A DNA stretch of 64,000 nucleotides from an uncultured Candidatus Saccharibacteria bacterium (GTDB lineage: Bacteria; Patescibacteriota; Minisyncoccia; Phycocordibacterales; UBA5272). The position numbers and the translations under genes are program-made. Numbering within the stretch: the first letter of the stretch is position 1; the number at the start of each line of letters is the position of its first letter. The notes beneath the pieces are model-generated. The model ran no database searches and had not been told where the DNA came from. It saw only the letters and a program-made list of their open reading frames with translations. The DNA lies in assembly GCA_964464695.1 (NCBI GenBank), contig CAYXKW010000003.1, forward strand, positions 10,577 through 74,576. The letters are read 5' to 3'. Shown one piece after another: positions 21,033 through 31,006 of the stretch.

Positions 21033-21830
21033 ATGCTTCCAAAAAAATCCCTTGGTCAAAATTTTCTTACTTCTATTCCTGCACGTATAGCTATTGTGAA
21101 AGCAGGGGAAATAGTGCCGTCTGACACTATTTTTGAAGTTGGTCCAGGGAGAGGATTCCTCACAAAAGGTTTACTCGAGACGAGAGCGTGTGTTGTTGCT
21201 CTTGAAAAAGATAGAGATCTTATCCCGGTACTCACAGAAACCTTTGCGGAAGAGATCGCAAATAAGCAGCTTATCCTAACTGAAGGGGATGTCCTTGATT
21301 TTGACCTTACTGACCAAAAGCTAATGGCTAATGGCTACAAACTGATTGCAAACATTCCATACTACATAACAGGCGCAATTCTCTCAAAGTATCTCTCTCA
21401 CACACACCAACCGAACATGATGGTGGTCTTAGTACAAAAGGAAGTGGCAGAACGAGTATGCGCACGTGATGGTAAAGAGTCTCTCCTTTCACTTTCGGTA
21501 AAAGTATACGGCGAACCAAAAGTGTACTATAGAGTATCTCGCGGGAGTTTCAACCCTGCGCCAAATGTTGACTCGGCAGTCCTTCAAATAAAAAACATCT
21601 CACGTGCTAACTTTACTAATCAATACCATGAAGCAATTTTCTTCAAACTTATTCACGCTGGATTTGCTCATAAAAGGAAATTTGCTATCTCAAATATTAA
21701 AGAAGTCTTTGCTGCATTTGATATTCCAGCTTTATTTGAAGAAGTTGGACTTTCTCCGAAGGTGCGAGCTGAGGATGTTACACTCTCCTCATGGCTGTTA
21801 CTATCCTCTCGTTTGTCTACACACTCATAA
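21033..21830 (+). CDS. rsmA: 16S rRNA dimethyladenosine transferase
   Basis: KKSLGQNFL, EVGPGRG, ANIPYYIT, QKEVAER, PAPNVDS. Confidence 0.97.
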   Translation: MLPKKSLGQNFLTSIPARIAIVKAGEIVPSDTIFEVGPGRGFLTKGLLETRACVVALEKDRDLIPVLTETFAEEIANKQLILTEGDVLDFDLTDQKLMANGYKLIANIPYYITGAILSKYLSHTHQPNMMVVLVQKEVAERVCARDGKESLLSLSVKVYGEPKVYYRVSRGSFNPAPNVDSAVLQIKNISRANFTNQYHEAIFFKLIHAGFAHKRKFAISNIKEVFAAFDIPALFEEVGLSPKVRAEDVTLSSWLLLSSRLSTHS

Positions 21831-23203
21831 CTGTAGGGCTTCTTTATTTTTTTCTTAATAAATCTCTTACCCGGGACTTTCCATTACGAAAAAACATACC
21901 TTGGTGGATACTCTTTGGTTTTGTTTTTAATTTTTGTAGTTTCACATGGCTCTATACCGTCTATCCACTTATTTGGATACCAACGGGAGTACTACAGATT
22001 ATTGGTATCGCAATCATTCATCTTACGGTATCTATTCTCGTAGGGCTTTGTTTTTGTATTGTAGGGTACATACTGACAAACTCTTCTTCCAAGAAGATTA
22101 CATCCATATATAGACCATTTCTATTTGCAGCCAGCCTTACACTAGCAGAAGTATTCCGGTCACTTATGTTGTCACTTATTTTTTATGGCAATGATGGGTC
22201 GATTAACTTGCACTTCACCTCAGGAACTCTTGGAAATGCACTTTCATCTACACCACTTATCGAGTTTGCATATTTTGGTGGGACGTTTGCACTCACCTTT
22301 CTACTTGGATACCTTGTCTATTCCTTCAGTTCTTACTCTCATATGAAGACCTACTGGAAACACGTTGCTATCATAGTAGCAATACTTGTTGGTATTCATG
22401 TATTTGTTCCAATATATGGTCCAACACAAAAAACAGTAGTTGGTATTGTTACTACTCATTTTAAAACACAATCAGATAATTATCTTGTAAGTTCTTTTAA
22501 AGAACAAAATATAAAAGTAGATGCAATGACACAATCTTTTTTCATATCTTCACGTGATATACCTGATATCATTGTCTATCCAGAAGACACGCGTTATATA
22601 GACCACCTCTCAAATGAAAAGGTATCACTACTTTCAACAACATTTCCAAAAACACTTTTTGTTGATGGTTCTACACGAATCATTGATGGTAAACGTGTCA
22701 ACATTTCATTTTTTTATAATTCTGAAACCAGAAAGACGTTAGGGCGTGGTAAAAGTTTTCTACTACCCTTTAATGAGTACATTCCATTATTCTTTAAACC
22801 TATATTTGGATTTTTTATTCCTAAAGAAGAGATGGGGGAGTACTCAGCTAATCACACGTATACACCAGTCTACTCAGGTAAAACAATCTTTTTTAATGGT
22901 ATGCACATTGGCACACTACTTTGTTCAGAAATTCTCTCGTTTAAAACAATAGCGGATGTAAAAAAAGAGAAACCCTCTCTTGTGTTCTTTCAATCACATT
23001 TAAATGTATTCCATGATAACTCACTGTTTAGAATGCACCTCTACTCTTTTACAAAAATAGCAGCTGCACAGTTGCGGCGTCCACTTATAAGTAGCACAAA
23101 TGGTGCACCTTCACTTATTGTTTCTCCGTATGGAGTAATCATTGAAATCATTCCTACTGGGTTTAGTACATCGACACATGTATTTTCATCTCCTTCTCAA
23201 TAA
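21791..23203 (+). CDS. lnt: Apolipoprotein N-acyltransferase-like protein
   Basis: Multi-TM N-terminus plus nitrilase triad motifs YPE, KxxLLPFNEY, LCSEI. Confidence 0.82.
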   Translation: MAVTILSFVYTLITVGLLYFFLNKSLTRDFPLRKNIPWWILFGFVFNFCSFTWLYTVYPLIWIPTGVLQIIGIAIIHLTVSILVGLCFCIVGYILTNSSSKKITSIYRPFLFAASLTLAEVFRSLMLSLIFYGNDGSINLHFTSGTLGNALSSTPLIEFAYFGGTFALTFLLGYLVYSFSSYSHMKTYWKHVAIIVAILVGIHVFVPIYGPTQKTVVGIVTTHFKTQSDNYLVSSFKEQNIKVDAMTQSFFISSRDIPDIIVYPEDTRYIDHLSNEKVSLLSTTFPKTLFVDGSTRIIDGKRVNISFFYNSETRKTLGRGKSFLLPFNEYIPLFFKPIFGFFIPKEEMGEYSANHTYTPVYSGKTIFFNGMHIGTLLCSEILSFKTIADVKKEKPSLVFFQSHLNVFHDNSLFRMHLYSFTKIAAAQLRRPLISSTNGAPSLIVSPYGVIIEIIPTGFSTSTHVFSSPSQ

Positions 23204-23326
23204 CTTTACATAAGAAGGAAATGTTTACTCAAAAATACTTCTTCATTAGAGAAATGAGCGCGTCACTAAGTTATCCTCCATTAAGTTATTGCCAGTAATT
23301 TCTATGCGCTATACTCTATATATACT

Positions 23327-24253
23327 ATGAACGAACAACAAAACATGACAACAAAGAAAGCACTCATTGTTGTTGGACTTTTTATTTTTTTACTTATGAT
23401 TACGCTTGTTGCTCCTGCAACCTGGGTCGGGGTTAAGCCAAAAAAACAAACTGGTCTTATTCTTAGAAATGCTAATGATTTCGCTGTTCTTTCAAAAGAT
23501 ACAGACAGAAATAATAACCCAGACTGGAAAGACCTTCTCATGCAGACAACAAGTGCGTCCACGACCGCTGTTGCAAATAAATATATTGTTACAGAAGCCG
23601 ACAAACAAAGACTTGATGACCCTAACAACATAACATCTTCTTTTTCTAAGAATCTCTACACAGTCTCTTCCTATGCAAAAAAGGCAGGGGACATGTCTAC
23701 ATCTGAACAAGAATCTATTGTAACAAGTCTAGTGACAAAGGAAGTACAAAAAATAGAGACTTCAGTGTATACATTTGATGACATTAAAGTATCAAGCACT
23801 GAAACCCCTACAAGTATTAGAGCGTACGGTAATCAACTTGGTACTATTTTTAAAAAGGCAACGAGTTTTAAGTTAGAGATTGTTGATGTAGACAAAATTC
23901 AAGCGTACAGTACAAATAAAGATCCTAATACTCTAGCTTCACTTGTTATTAAAAAAAATAATGCGAAGCTCATCTTAGAAGAACTTCTTAAAGTATCTGC
24001 TCCTAGATCAGCTTCGCCCTACCATCTCCTTATAGTTAACAGACTATCTGGGTATATAACTGTATTAGAAAATATGACTCAAGCTGAAAATGACCCTATG
24101 CGTGCAACGATTGCTTTTAATAACTATCTTCCAGCAATGAGATTACTCTTTTCATCACTATCAAATATGCAGCTGTATTTTAAGTTGTCTGATACCACAT
24201 TTTCTCAAAATGAACCTGGATATGTCTTAAATTCAGAGTATACTATCAAATAA
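23327..24253 (+). CDS. Membrane-anchored hypothetical protein at start of T4SS-like locus
   Basis: N-terminal TM; DTDRNNNPDW Ca-binding-like motif. Confidence 0.7.
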   Translation: MNEQQNMTTKKALIVVGLFIFLLMITLVAPATWVGVKPKKQTGLILRNANDFAVLSKDTDRNNNPDWKDLLMQTTSASTTAVANKYIVTEADKQRLDDPNNITSSFSKNLYTVSSYAKKAGDMSTSEQESIVTSLVTKEVQKIETSVYTFDDIKVSSTETPTSIRAYGNQLGTIFKKATSFKLEIVDVDKIQAYSTNKDPNTLASLVIKKNNAKLILEELLKVSAPRSASPYHLLIVNRLSGYITVLENMTQAENDPMRATIAFNNYLPAMRLLFSSLSNMQLYFKLSDTTFSQNEPGYVLNSEYTIK

Positions 24254-24255
24254 CT

Positions 24256-25893
24256 ATGAAATATTTTTTCTTTCTTTTTTTCTTTCTTCTTAGCACAATT
24301 ACTCCAACGCAAGTTCATGCAGGCGCTGCAGGTGGAGGGTCTACTGAAGTTACACAGATTCTTAATAATGTTCAACTAATTCCTATAAACTACTCTGATG
24401 CAATTACAGCCTTTGCAACCAAAGGAACGTTTGTTAAAGAAGTTATTCTTAATCCAATAGCAAATGCTCTTATTTCCTCAGCTCTTGAAGGAGTTAGTAA
24501 TGATATTCTTTCATGGGTAAGTGGCGGTTTTGGGGGATCAGCACCACTTGTGATTGGTGACCCCGAGAGTTACATTAGAAACGCTGGTCTCGAAGCTGTT
24601 CGCGATAGTCTTTCTGGAATTCCAACTGATAGTGTTTTTGGGGACAGTATTTTTAATTCAATTCTTAACCAGTACAAAAACACAGACGACGTAACTGCTA
24701 CACTAAAAAATCTAAGCAAGTCTGATATTCCCTCTATTCTTCAGAATAATTTATGTACCGATGAGAAGTTGACGTCACTTTCTGTTGATGCGATAGCGGA
24801 CCAAAATGGTAACTATAACCAAGCAGATCTTACTGCCAAAAAAACAGAGCTGTGGAATTATGCATGTGCCGGAGATCCAGAGTCTAATCCACAAGTTGCA
24901 GCAAGGTTACAGGATCTTAATGATCAGAATCCATCAATTGGTGGCTGGGATACATATCTTGCTACAACAGGAGGAGACAATGCTTACACAAAAGGTGCAT
25001 TAGCAAAAAACGTCGTGAAAGAAGCCGACGAAATAAAAAAATCACTTGCTTCAAAAGAATTGTTTGATGGCGCAGGACCAGTGAGCGAGAAAGAATGTCT
25101 AAAGTTTGATGGAAATGTTAGTGAAGGTCAGATTGCAAAATGTTTACAATGGTTAACTACAACTCCAGGGGAACAAGTAGGGGATACTCTTACTGAGGCT
25201 CTCACCGCAGGAACTAAAAGACTAGAAAACATCATGGGGGACGGTTCATTAACTAACATGCTACAAGGTTTTGCTGTTTCTGCTATTACATCAGGCATAA
25301 AAAAGGCACTTAATTCATCTAGTGGTGGCTCACTCAATATTCCCATAGCCCTCCCTTCTAGTCGCCCAATAGTTCAAGACCTACTAAATGACCCACTTAA
25401 GAAAACTCAAAACTTACAGCCAATGGACAAGCAACTGGCATATTTCTCAACCTCACTAAACAACCTTGCGTCAATTGATAGTAGTTACATGACAGACCTT
25501 TTGTCTTATGAAGCGAAAATTGCCACCTTAAGTACTTGCGCCCTCGCATCCTCATACTACAGTAACAGAATGAGTAGAATCACTACTGCAAAAAGCTCAA
25601 TTATAGCAGAACAAGCAAAAATTGCTGAAGCAAAACTTCTTGTAACCGAAACCCAAACTAAGCTAAATGCTTCTGATTCATCCCAGGAACAAAGTACGAT
25701 TTTTAACGCCTATTTAACTGCTGTAGATGACAGAGGCCTTCCAACTTACCAAACAGAAGCAACTCGAGAAGCTGAGTACACCATCAACAAATTCAATGTT
25801 AGCCATGATACAGAATTGGGAACTTACCAGACACAGTGTGCTCAACAGCAGCAACAGCAGCAACCCAATCAAATATACGAAGGTAGCGGATAG
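24256..25893 (+). CDS. Secreted protein with TrbJ/VirB5-like N-terminal motif
   Basis: Signal peptide, then GGSTEVTQILNNVQL, resembling the ATEWTQxxNN motif of P-type TrbJ; lies next to a VirB6-like gene. Confidence 0.5.
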   Translation: MKYFFFLFFFLLSTITPTQVHAGAAGGGSTEVTQILNNVQLIPINYSDAITAFATKGTFVKEVILNPIANALISSALEGVSNDILSWVSGGFGGSAPLVIGDPESYIRNAGLEAVRDSLSGIPTDSVFGDSIFNSILNQYKNTDDVTATLKNLSKSDIPSILQNNLCTDEKLTSLSVDAIADQNGNYNQADLTAKKTELWNYACAGDPESNPQVAARLQDLNDQNPSIGGWDTYLATTGGDNAYTKGALAKNVVKEADEIKKSLASKELFDGAGPVSEKECLKFDGNVSEGQIAKCLQWLTTTPGEQVGDTLTEALTAGTKRLENIMGDGSLTNMLQGFAVSAITSGIKKALNSSSGGSLNIPIALPSSRPIVQDLLNDPLKKTQNLQPMDKQLAYFSTSLNNLASIDSSYMTDLLSYEAKIATLSTCALASSYYSNRMSRITTAKSSIIAEQAKIAEAKLLVTETQTKLNASDSSQEQSTIFNAYLTAVDDRGLPTYQTEATREAEYTINKFNVSHDTELGTYQTQCAQQQQQQQPNQIYEGSG

Positions 25894-25905
25894 TAACTTA
25901 CTTCT

Positions 25906-25959
25906 TTAGAAAATACTAAAAGTCACAAACAATTGTTTGTGACTTTTAGTATTTTCTAA
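25906..25959. repeat. 54-bp perfect palindrome (terminator-like)
   Basis: TTAGAAAATACTAAAAGTCACAAACAA|TTGTTTGTGACTTTTAGTATTTTCTAA. Confidence 0.9.
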
Positions 25960-26007
25960 TAACAACCAAACCCTTTCCTAACCTAACTATATGATACACT
26001 ACACATC

Positions 26008-28896
26008 ATGAAAAGACTTGTTGTACTGGTCTCTGTTATGGTATTTGCTGTAAGTATTTTCGGCTCTTTCCCTGTATTAAAAGTACACGCTCAAGCTGCA
26101 GCAGCAGAAGCAACTGTTACAAAACAAGACTTGTTAAATAGTGGTAATGCTGTGTTTAATACTTTTCTTGCGGAACTAGCACAAAGACAAGCTAATCCTC
26201 GACAAATCCCATCATTAACAACTGCTACAGACCAAGTAGTTGCCAACTATGTCTTAGGGGTATCAAAGTTAATTCCAGCGATCGTGGCTGCTCAAGGTAC
26301 TTTTGTTCAATTACTTAACACTCCTGCGGCTGCCTCTACAAATATCTTTGCTGATTACACTGCTGCACTAAACGCAGCACACTCGAGCATTAATCTAGCT
26401 CAATCAAATACTTTTGAAATAAGAACTGTTTCTCAAGTTCGTACAGAAGTAACCACAATTTCTACTAGAATTAGACTTGAATCTCAAAATCAACAGAGTG
26501 CTTTAATTAATAGCGGCCAGGGGAACGCTGCACTTGCTATACAAAGTGCAGTTGGAACACAAAGAACCCAGCAAGTTGTAAATGAACTAGAGAGTACCTG
26601 TAGCTTACTGAACATAATCTCATGCCTTGACCAGGCAACAAACTGGATTATAAAAAATATTCTTCTGGAGATTGCTGGATTTTTAGTTTGGGTGACTGCA
26701 AACATCTTTAATTATTCCGTCCAAATAGGAATTCTTAATTTTTCTAAGTGGGCACCTGATGCACTCTACCCGATATGGATCATCATTCGACAAATTATTT
26801 CTCTTCTTATCGTATTCATTGGTCTCTATCTTGGGTTCATGTACATTTTGGGTAAAGATGAGAAGTTTGCAAAGTACGTTCCATGGGTTATCGCATTTGC
26901 ACTATTTGTTAATTTCTCCTACCCACTTGTGAGGACTGCAATTGATCTTTCAAATATTGTCTCGTTAAAAGTGTATGTGAGCGCCATTGGTCCAGGAGCA
27001 TTGGATGCGAGCTTTTCATCAGAAAAAACAGCAGGGGCAATCATACGTGACAAGCTTGGTCTGCAAAGCTTGGCAGCTAACACAACAGCAACAGGAGCAA
27101 ATTCAAACAGTATCAGAACTGGACTAACTAGTACTCCAGCGTCGCTTATGGCACTATTTTTCACACTCTATGCTGCATACATTTTCTTTATGGTTTCCAT
27201 AATTATGGTCACTAGAACAGCTGCTCTTGTATTCTTAATTGTCGCTTCACCTCTACTGTTTGTAGACAGCGTTTTACCGATGCTTGGTGATAAAGCAATG
27301 ATGTTACGTAAAATATTTTTTGAGCAACTTGCAGTTGGTCCGATATTTATGATAATGCTTGCACTCACACTTAAATTTTTAGATGTCTTTCAAGTATCTG
27401 GCGCTTTTACCGGATTAAGTTCTGGAGACCAAACCATAAAAACATTCTTTAACCTTCTCATGATGCTTGTCATGTTACACATCATGATGACAGTAACTAA
27501 GAAAACAGCAGGTGCTGTTGGTGAGTTCGGAACCAAAGCAATGGGAACTGTTGGGGGATTTGCTCTAGGTGCTGCAGCTGGTGGCACAGGGCTACTTGCA
27601 CGAAAGGGTATTGGAGGGTTGGCTGCAAAAGCACGAGATAGCAAATGGGTAACCAACAATCAAGACTCATTCATTGGACGTCGTGCATATAATCTTTCCA
27701 ACTCTGTAGCAAATAGTACGTTTGATCTTCGTAACACTGCAGTTGCAGGCAAAATGGCAGGCATCGGCATGGGGATGGGGATGGGAGCAAAGCTTGGGTA
27801 CAGTGAAGAAACTAAAGCAAAAATGGAAGCACGAACAAAGGAAGCTCTTGCAAAAAGTGCAAGAATAAAAACTCATTATGAGAGAGACATGGTTAAAGAT
27901 AAGATTGGAGAGGACGGGAAAGTTGTCTATGAAGAAGTTGATGACGGTAAAGGAGGAAAAGTAAAAAGAAAAGTCCAAGAAGTAGTTCACAGAAAAGGGG
28001 ACGTGGATGCAGATGCTTGGAAGGCAAAAGACAGACTCATTACTGCGGCAGGGGGAGGTACTTTGTTTATGACCAAGAAACAAAAACAAGATCTGCGAGA
28101 CACACTTGGGAAAACACAAAATGAGGAAGCTTCAAAAAGAATTGCAGAAAATGAAGCAAACAGTACGAAAGATGCTCAAATATATAAGAGTATTAATGAA
28201 GAAGAAAGACTTCCTGATGGTAAAATCCTAACCATAAAGCAATCTAAGGCAAGATTCCTTGCAGGGCTTGAAAATGAACTTAAAACACTAGAAAAAACAG
28301 ACCCTACACTTCAAGGCAATCAAGCTCAGTCACTTATGAAAAGTATTCAGTCTATCAAAAAAACTGAAGCTGCTGAAAATGCTGCTTTTGACAAGCAAGT
28401 TAAAGATGTCTTCTTTAGTTATAACAATAAAATTGGAGCTGAGAGAGAGAACTATCTATCTAATCAATCAAAGGAAATTTTTGACGCAGTACACGCACTG
28501 AAAGATGAGGCGTTGGCAATAGATAAAGCAAGAGATGAGGCTCTGGATCTTGATTTAACCGGTACACCTGAGGAACGAAGAGTCTCTGGCATAGCTGCTG
28601 CTGCTAATCTTCGTGGACAAGTAGAATCAATACTTGCTGAGAAGGATCAAAATGGGGCAGTTCCAATTTATTCTTCTGCAGTCGATATTCCATTTGACGT
28701 GTCCACTCAGAGTTTTGCAGAAAAAGTAGCAGCTACACGTAAAGCAAAATTAAAACTAGCAACACAAGCAGCGGACGCCTATGTTCCTCCTCAGGTAACC
28801 CAACCTGATCCAGCAACTCCAATTCCTTCTGCTACCGCTCAGGCACCTTCAACCCCAGCCGCAAATGACTCCAAAAGTAACACAGCAACCGCATAA
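26008..28896 (+). CDS. VirB6/TrbL-like polytopic membrane protein with long hydrophilic tail
   Basis: WIIIRQII, ALFVNFS, AIDLSN, several TM helices, Gly/Ala-rich segment and charged C-terminus; T4SS-like context. Confidence 0.7.
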   Translation: MKRLVVLVSVMVFAVSIFGSFPVLKVHAQAAAAEATVTKQDLLNSGNAVFNTFLAELAQRQANPRQIPSLTTATDQVVANYVLGVSKLIPAIVAAQGTFVQLLNTPAAASTNIFADYTAALNAAHSSINLAQSNTFEIRTVSQVRTEVTTISTRIRLESQNQQSALINSGQGNAALAIQSAVGTQRTQQVVNELESTCSLLNIISCLDQATNWIIKNILLEIAGFLVWVTANIFNYSVQIGILNFSKWAPDALYPIWIIIRQIISLLIVFIGLYLGFMYILGKDEKFAKYVPWVIAFALFVNFSYPLVRTAIDLSNIVSLKVYVSAIGPGALDASFSSEKTAGAIIRDKLGLQSLAANTTATGANSNSIRTGLTSTPASLMALFFTLYAAYIFFMVSIIMVTRTAALVFLIVASPLLFVDSVLPMLGDKAMMLRKIFFEQLAVGPIFMIMLALTLKFLDVFQVSGAFTGLSSGDQTIKTFFNLLMMLVMLHIMMTVTKKTAGAVGEFGTKAMGTVGGFALGAAAGGTGLLARKGIGGLAAKARDSKWVTNNQDSFIGRRAYNLSNSVANSTFDLRNTAVAGKMAGIGMGMGMGAKLGYSEETKAKMEARTKEALAKSARIKTHYERDMVKDKIGEDGKVVYEEVDDGKGGKVKRKVQEVVHRKGDVDADAWKAKDRLITAAGGGTLFMTKKQKQDLRDTLGKTQNEEASKRIAENEANSTKDAQIYKSINEEERLPDGKILTIKQSKARFLAGLENELKTLEKTDPTLQGNQAQSLMKSIQSIKKTEAAENAAFDKQVKDVFFSYNNKIGAERENYLSNQSKEIFDAVHALKDEALAIDKARDEALDLDLTGTPEERRVSGIAAAANLRGQVESILAEKDQNGAVPIYSSAVDIPFDVSTQSFAEKVAATRKAKLKLATQAADAYVPPQVTQPDPATPIPSATAQAPSTPAANDSKSNTATA

Positions 28897-28899
28897 CAT

Positions 28900-29643
28900 A
28901 TGAGTACACCATCTTACATCGCAACAAACCCAGATGAGCTCTTCGAAAAAGCTTCTGTAGAAATACAAGACTTAATTGCTGGTGGAGAAATTGATACTGA
29001 GATTAAATCTCTTAGTACTAAATATAAAATCCCTGAAGAATTCCAAACGCCTCTCTCTAACATTATTTCCTTTATTTTAATTGGGGCGATTGATACAGAT
29101 GATGTTGTTCAAGCACTTCAAGATCTTGTAAACATTAGTCTTGATGATGCAATTCGCATCGCAACTGACCTAGAACATGGCGTCCTCGAGAAGGCTCATA
29201 TATCTCTTCTTAAAAAATCTGACGACACTATTGCCACACTTGAATTCCAAGGAGAGAAATCTAAGACTGAGCTCAGGAAAGATATATTAGATACAACCAA
29301 AAGGGAATCTGCACTTGCTAAAAATCCGGTTCCAGTTGCAACAGCTCCAAAAAAACCAGCCACTATCTTAAAGCCTGGCTCTCGTTCACAACTTCTTGAA
29401 CAACTCCAGGTTCTAGGTACAATACCAAATGAAGAAGAGATAGCGACAAGAATTTCTCATATTCAAGAACAAATTACATCACTAAAAAAAGAGGAAGAGG
29501 ACAGTAGCCTTACCTCTAACATAGCACTTAAGAGTTTCATGTTTGGGGAAAAAGGAAAGGACATTGCGGATCAAACCATAAAAACAACCTACAGTGTTCC
29601 TCCAACACGATACACCGTTGATCCATACAGGGAAGTAGATTAA
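28900..29643 (+). CDS. Hypothetical protein with C-terminal DPYRE motif
   Basis: Intact ORF in operon; C-terminal YTVDPYREVD. Confidence 0.7.
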   Translation: MSTPSYIATNPDELFEKASVEIQDLIAGGEIDTEIKSLSTKYKIPEEFQTPLSNIISFILIGAIDTDDVVQALQDLVNISLDDAIRIATDLEHGVLEKAHISLLKKSDDTIATLEFQGEKSKTELRKDILDTTKRESALAKNPVPVATAPKKPATILKPGSRSQLLEQLQVLGTIPNEEEIATRISHIQEQITSLKKEEEDSSLTSNIALKSFMFGEKGKDIADQTIKTTYSVPPTRYTVDPYREVD

Positions 29644-29846
29644 AACCCCGAAAGACACCAGATGTCGGACCGCTTTGCTAACAGACAGTCAGAAAAAATA
29701 CTACGTCACTATTATTTAATTCTAGTTTTATAGCCAGAAGTCTGACAGTCTGTTTGTCGGACGTCTGAATGTACTTGTGCCCACCAAACAAAACATGTGA
29801 GCTAAAGGCTACCGGCTAAAAGCTAAAAGCTGTATACTATATACAT

Positions 29847-30278
29847 ATGCAATTTCGAGTACCACAATTCATTGACCTAGAAGACAAAGTGTTTGGTCCT
29901 TTTACACTTAAGCAATTTGGATATCTTGTTGGAGCTGGAGGTCTTGCTTTTATCATTTGGACACTTATTCCAGTTAAGTTTATTGCAATGCTTATCATCG
30001 CACCCGTTGTTGGATTGTTCCTTTCTCTTGCCTTTGTTAAATTTAACAATAGATCATTTGGAGAAATTCTCCAGAGTGCTTTTAATTACTACACGGGTTC
30101 AAAAGTATTCACATGGCAACAACCTGCACCAAAAAAGAATGAGACGTCCGTTGACAGGGTGGTAGCAGACACTCAGAAAGAAATTATTATCCAGAAAACA
30201 AATAGGGATAAAATTCATGATATTGCTTTAGGGCTTGATGTGTACGAACATGCCAAGAACAAAGAAGAGGATAATTAA
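29847..30278 (+). CDS. PrgI family membrane protein
   Basis: MQFRVPQFIDLEDKVFGPFTLKQF plus two TM helices. Confidence 0.88.
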   Translation: MQFRVPQFIDLEDKVFGPFTLKQFGYLVGAGGLAFIIWTLIPVKFIAMLIIAPVVGLFLSLAFVKFNNRSFGEILQSAFNYYTGSKVFTWQQPAPKKNETSVDRVVADTQKEIIIQKTNRDKIHDIALGLDVYEHAKNKEEDN

Positions 30279-30359
30279 ATTTATTGTTATAGCCTAAAAA
30301 ATATAAATTGTTAAGTACTGCACAGTTTTGAAGTACATTCTCATGTATACTGTACGTAT

Positions 30360-31001
30360 ATGGCAAAAGGGCAAGCAACACAGGAATTTGTACCAATCGA
30401 AAGAGTGCGTGATGGAATCGTAATCCTTAAGACAGGTGAAATTCGTTCTATCTTAATCACAAATTCACTGAACCTTGGACTTAAGAGTGAGGATGAGCAA
30501 CAAGCTGTACTTTCTCAATTCCAAAATTTTCTTAATTCTCTTGATTTTCCAGTACAATTTTTTGTTGAATCACGAAAGCTCAATATAAAACCTTATATGA
30601 CACTCCTTCAAGAGAGAAGCACACTTGTCAAAGAAGACCTTCTTAAAATTCAGATCCATGAATACATGGGGTTTATAACAAAGTTCACGGAAGAGAGTAA
30701 TATTATGACGAAACACTTCTTTGTAACGGTTCCATATTTTAACCAGAGTACTCAGACCATATCTACCAATTCGCTTATTAATTTAGCAGGGGCAAGTAGT
30801 AGTCAGCCAAAAAATATAGAAGACACCTTTGAAATGTCACGTATCCAACTCGACCAGCGTATTGCAACTGTTATTCAAGGGCTTTCACGATTTGGTCTGC
30901 GTGCACAACGACTTGGAACAGAGGAGGTTGTGGAACTTTTTTATAAACTATTTAACCCAGGAGAAGGAGACCGTACAGCTCCTAAGGCAGGACAACAATA
31001 A
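30360..31001 (+). CDS. T4SS-associated protein (TraC/VirB4 N-terminal-like)
   Basis: TQEFVPI..DG, LKSEDEQQA, FLNSLDFP; between prgI-like and virB4-like genes. Confidence 0.72.
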   Translation: MAKGQATQEFVPIERVRDGIVILKTGEIRSILITNSLNLGLKSEDEQQAVLSQFQNFLNSLDFPVQFFVESRKLNIKPYMTLLQERSTLVKEDLLKIQIHEYMGFITKFTEESNIMTKHFFVTVPYFNQSTQTISTNSLINLAGASSSQPKNIEDTFEMSRIQLDQRIATVIQGLSRFGLRAQRLGTEEVVELFYKLFNPGEGDRTAPKAGQQ

Positions 31002-31006
31002 CAACT

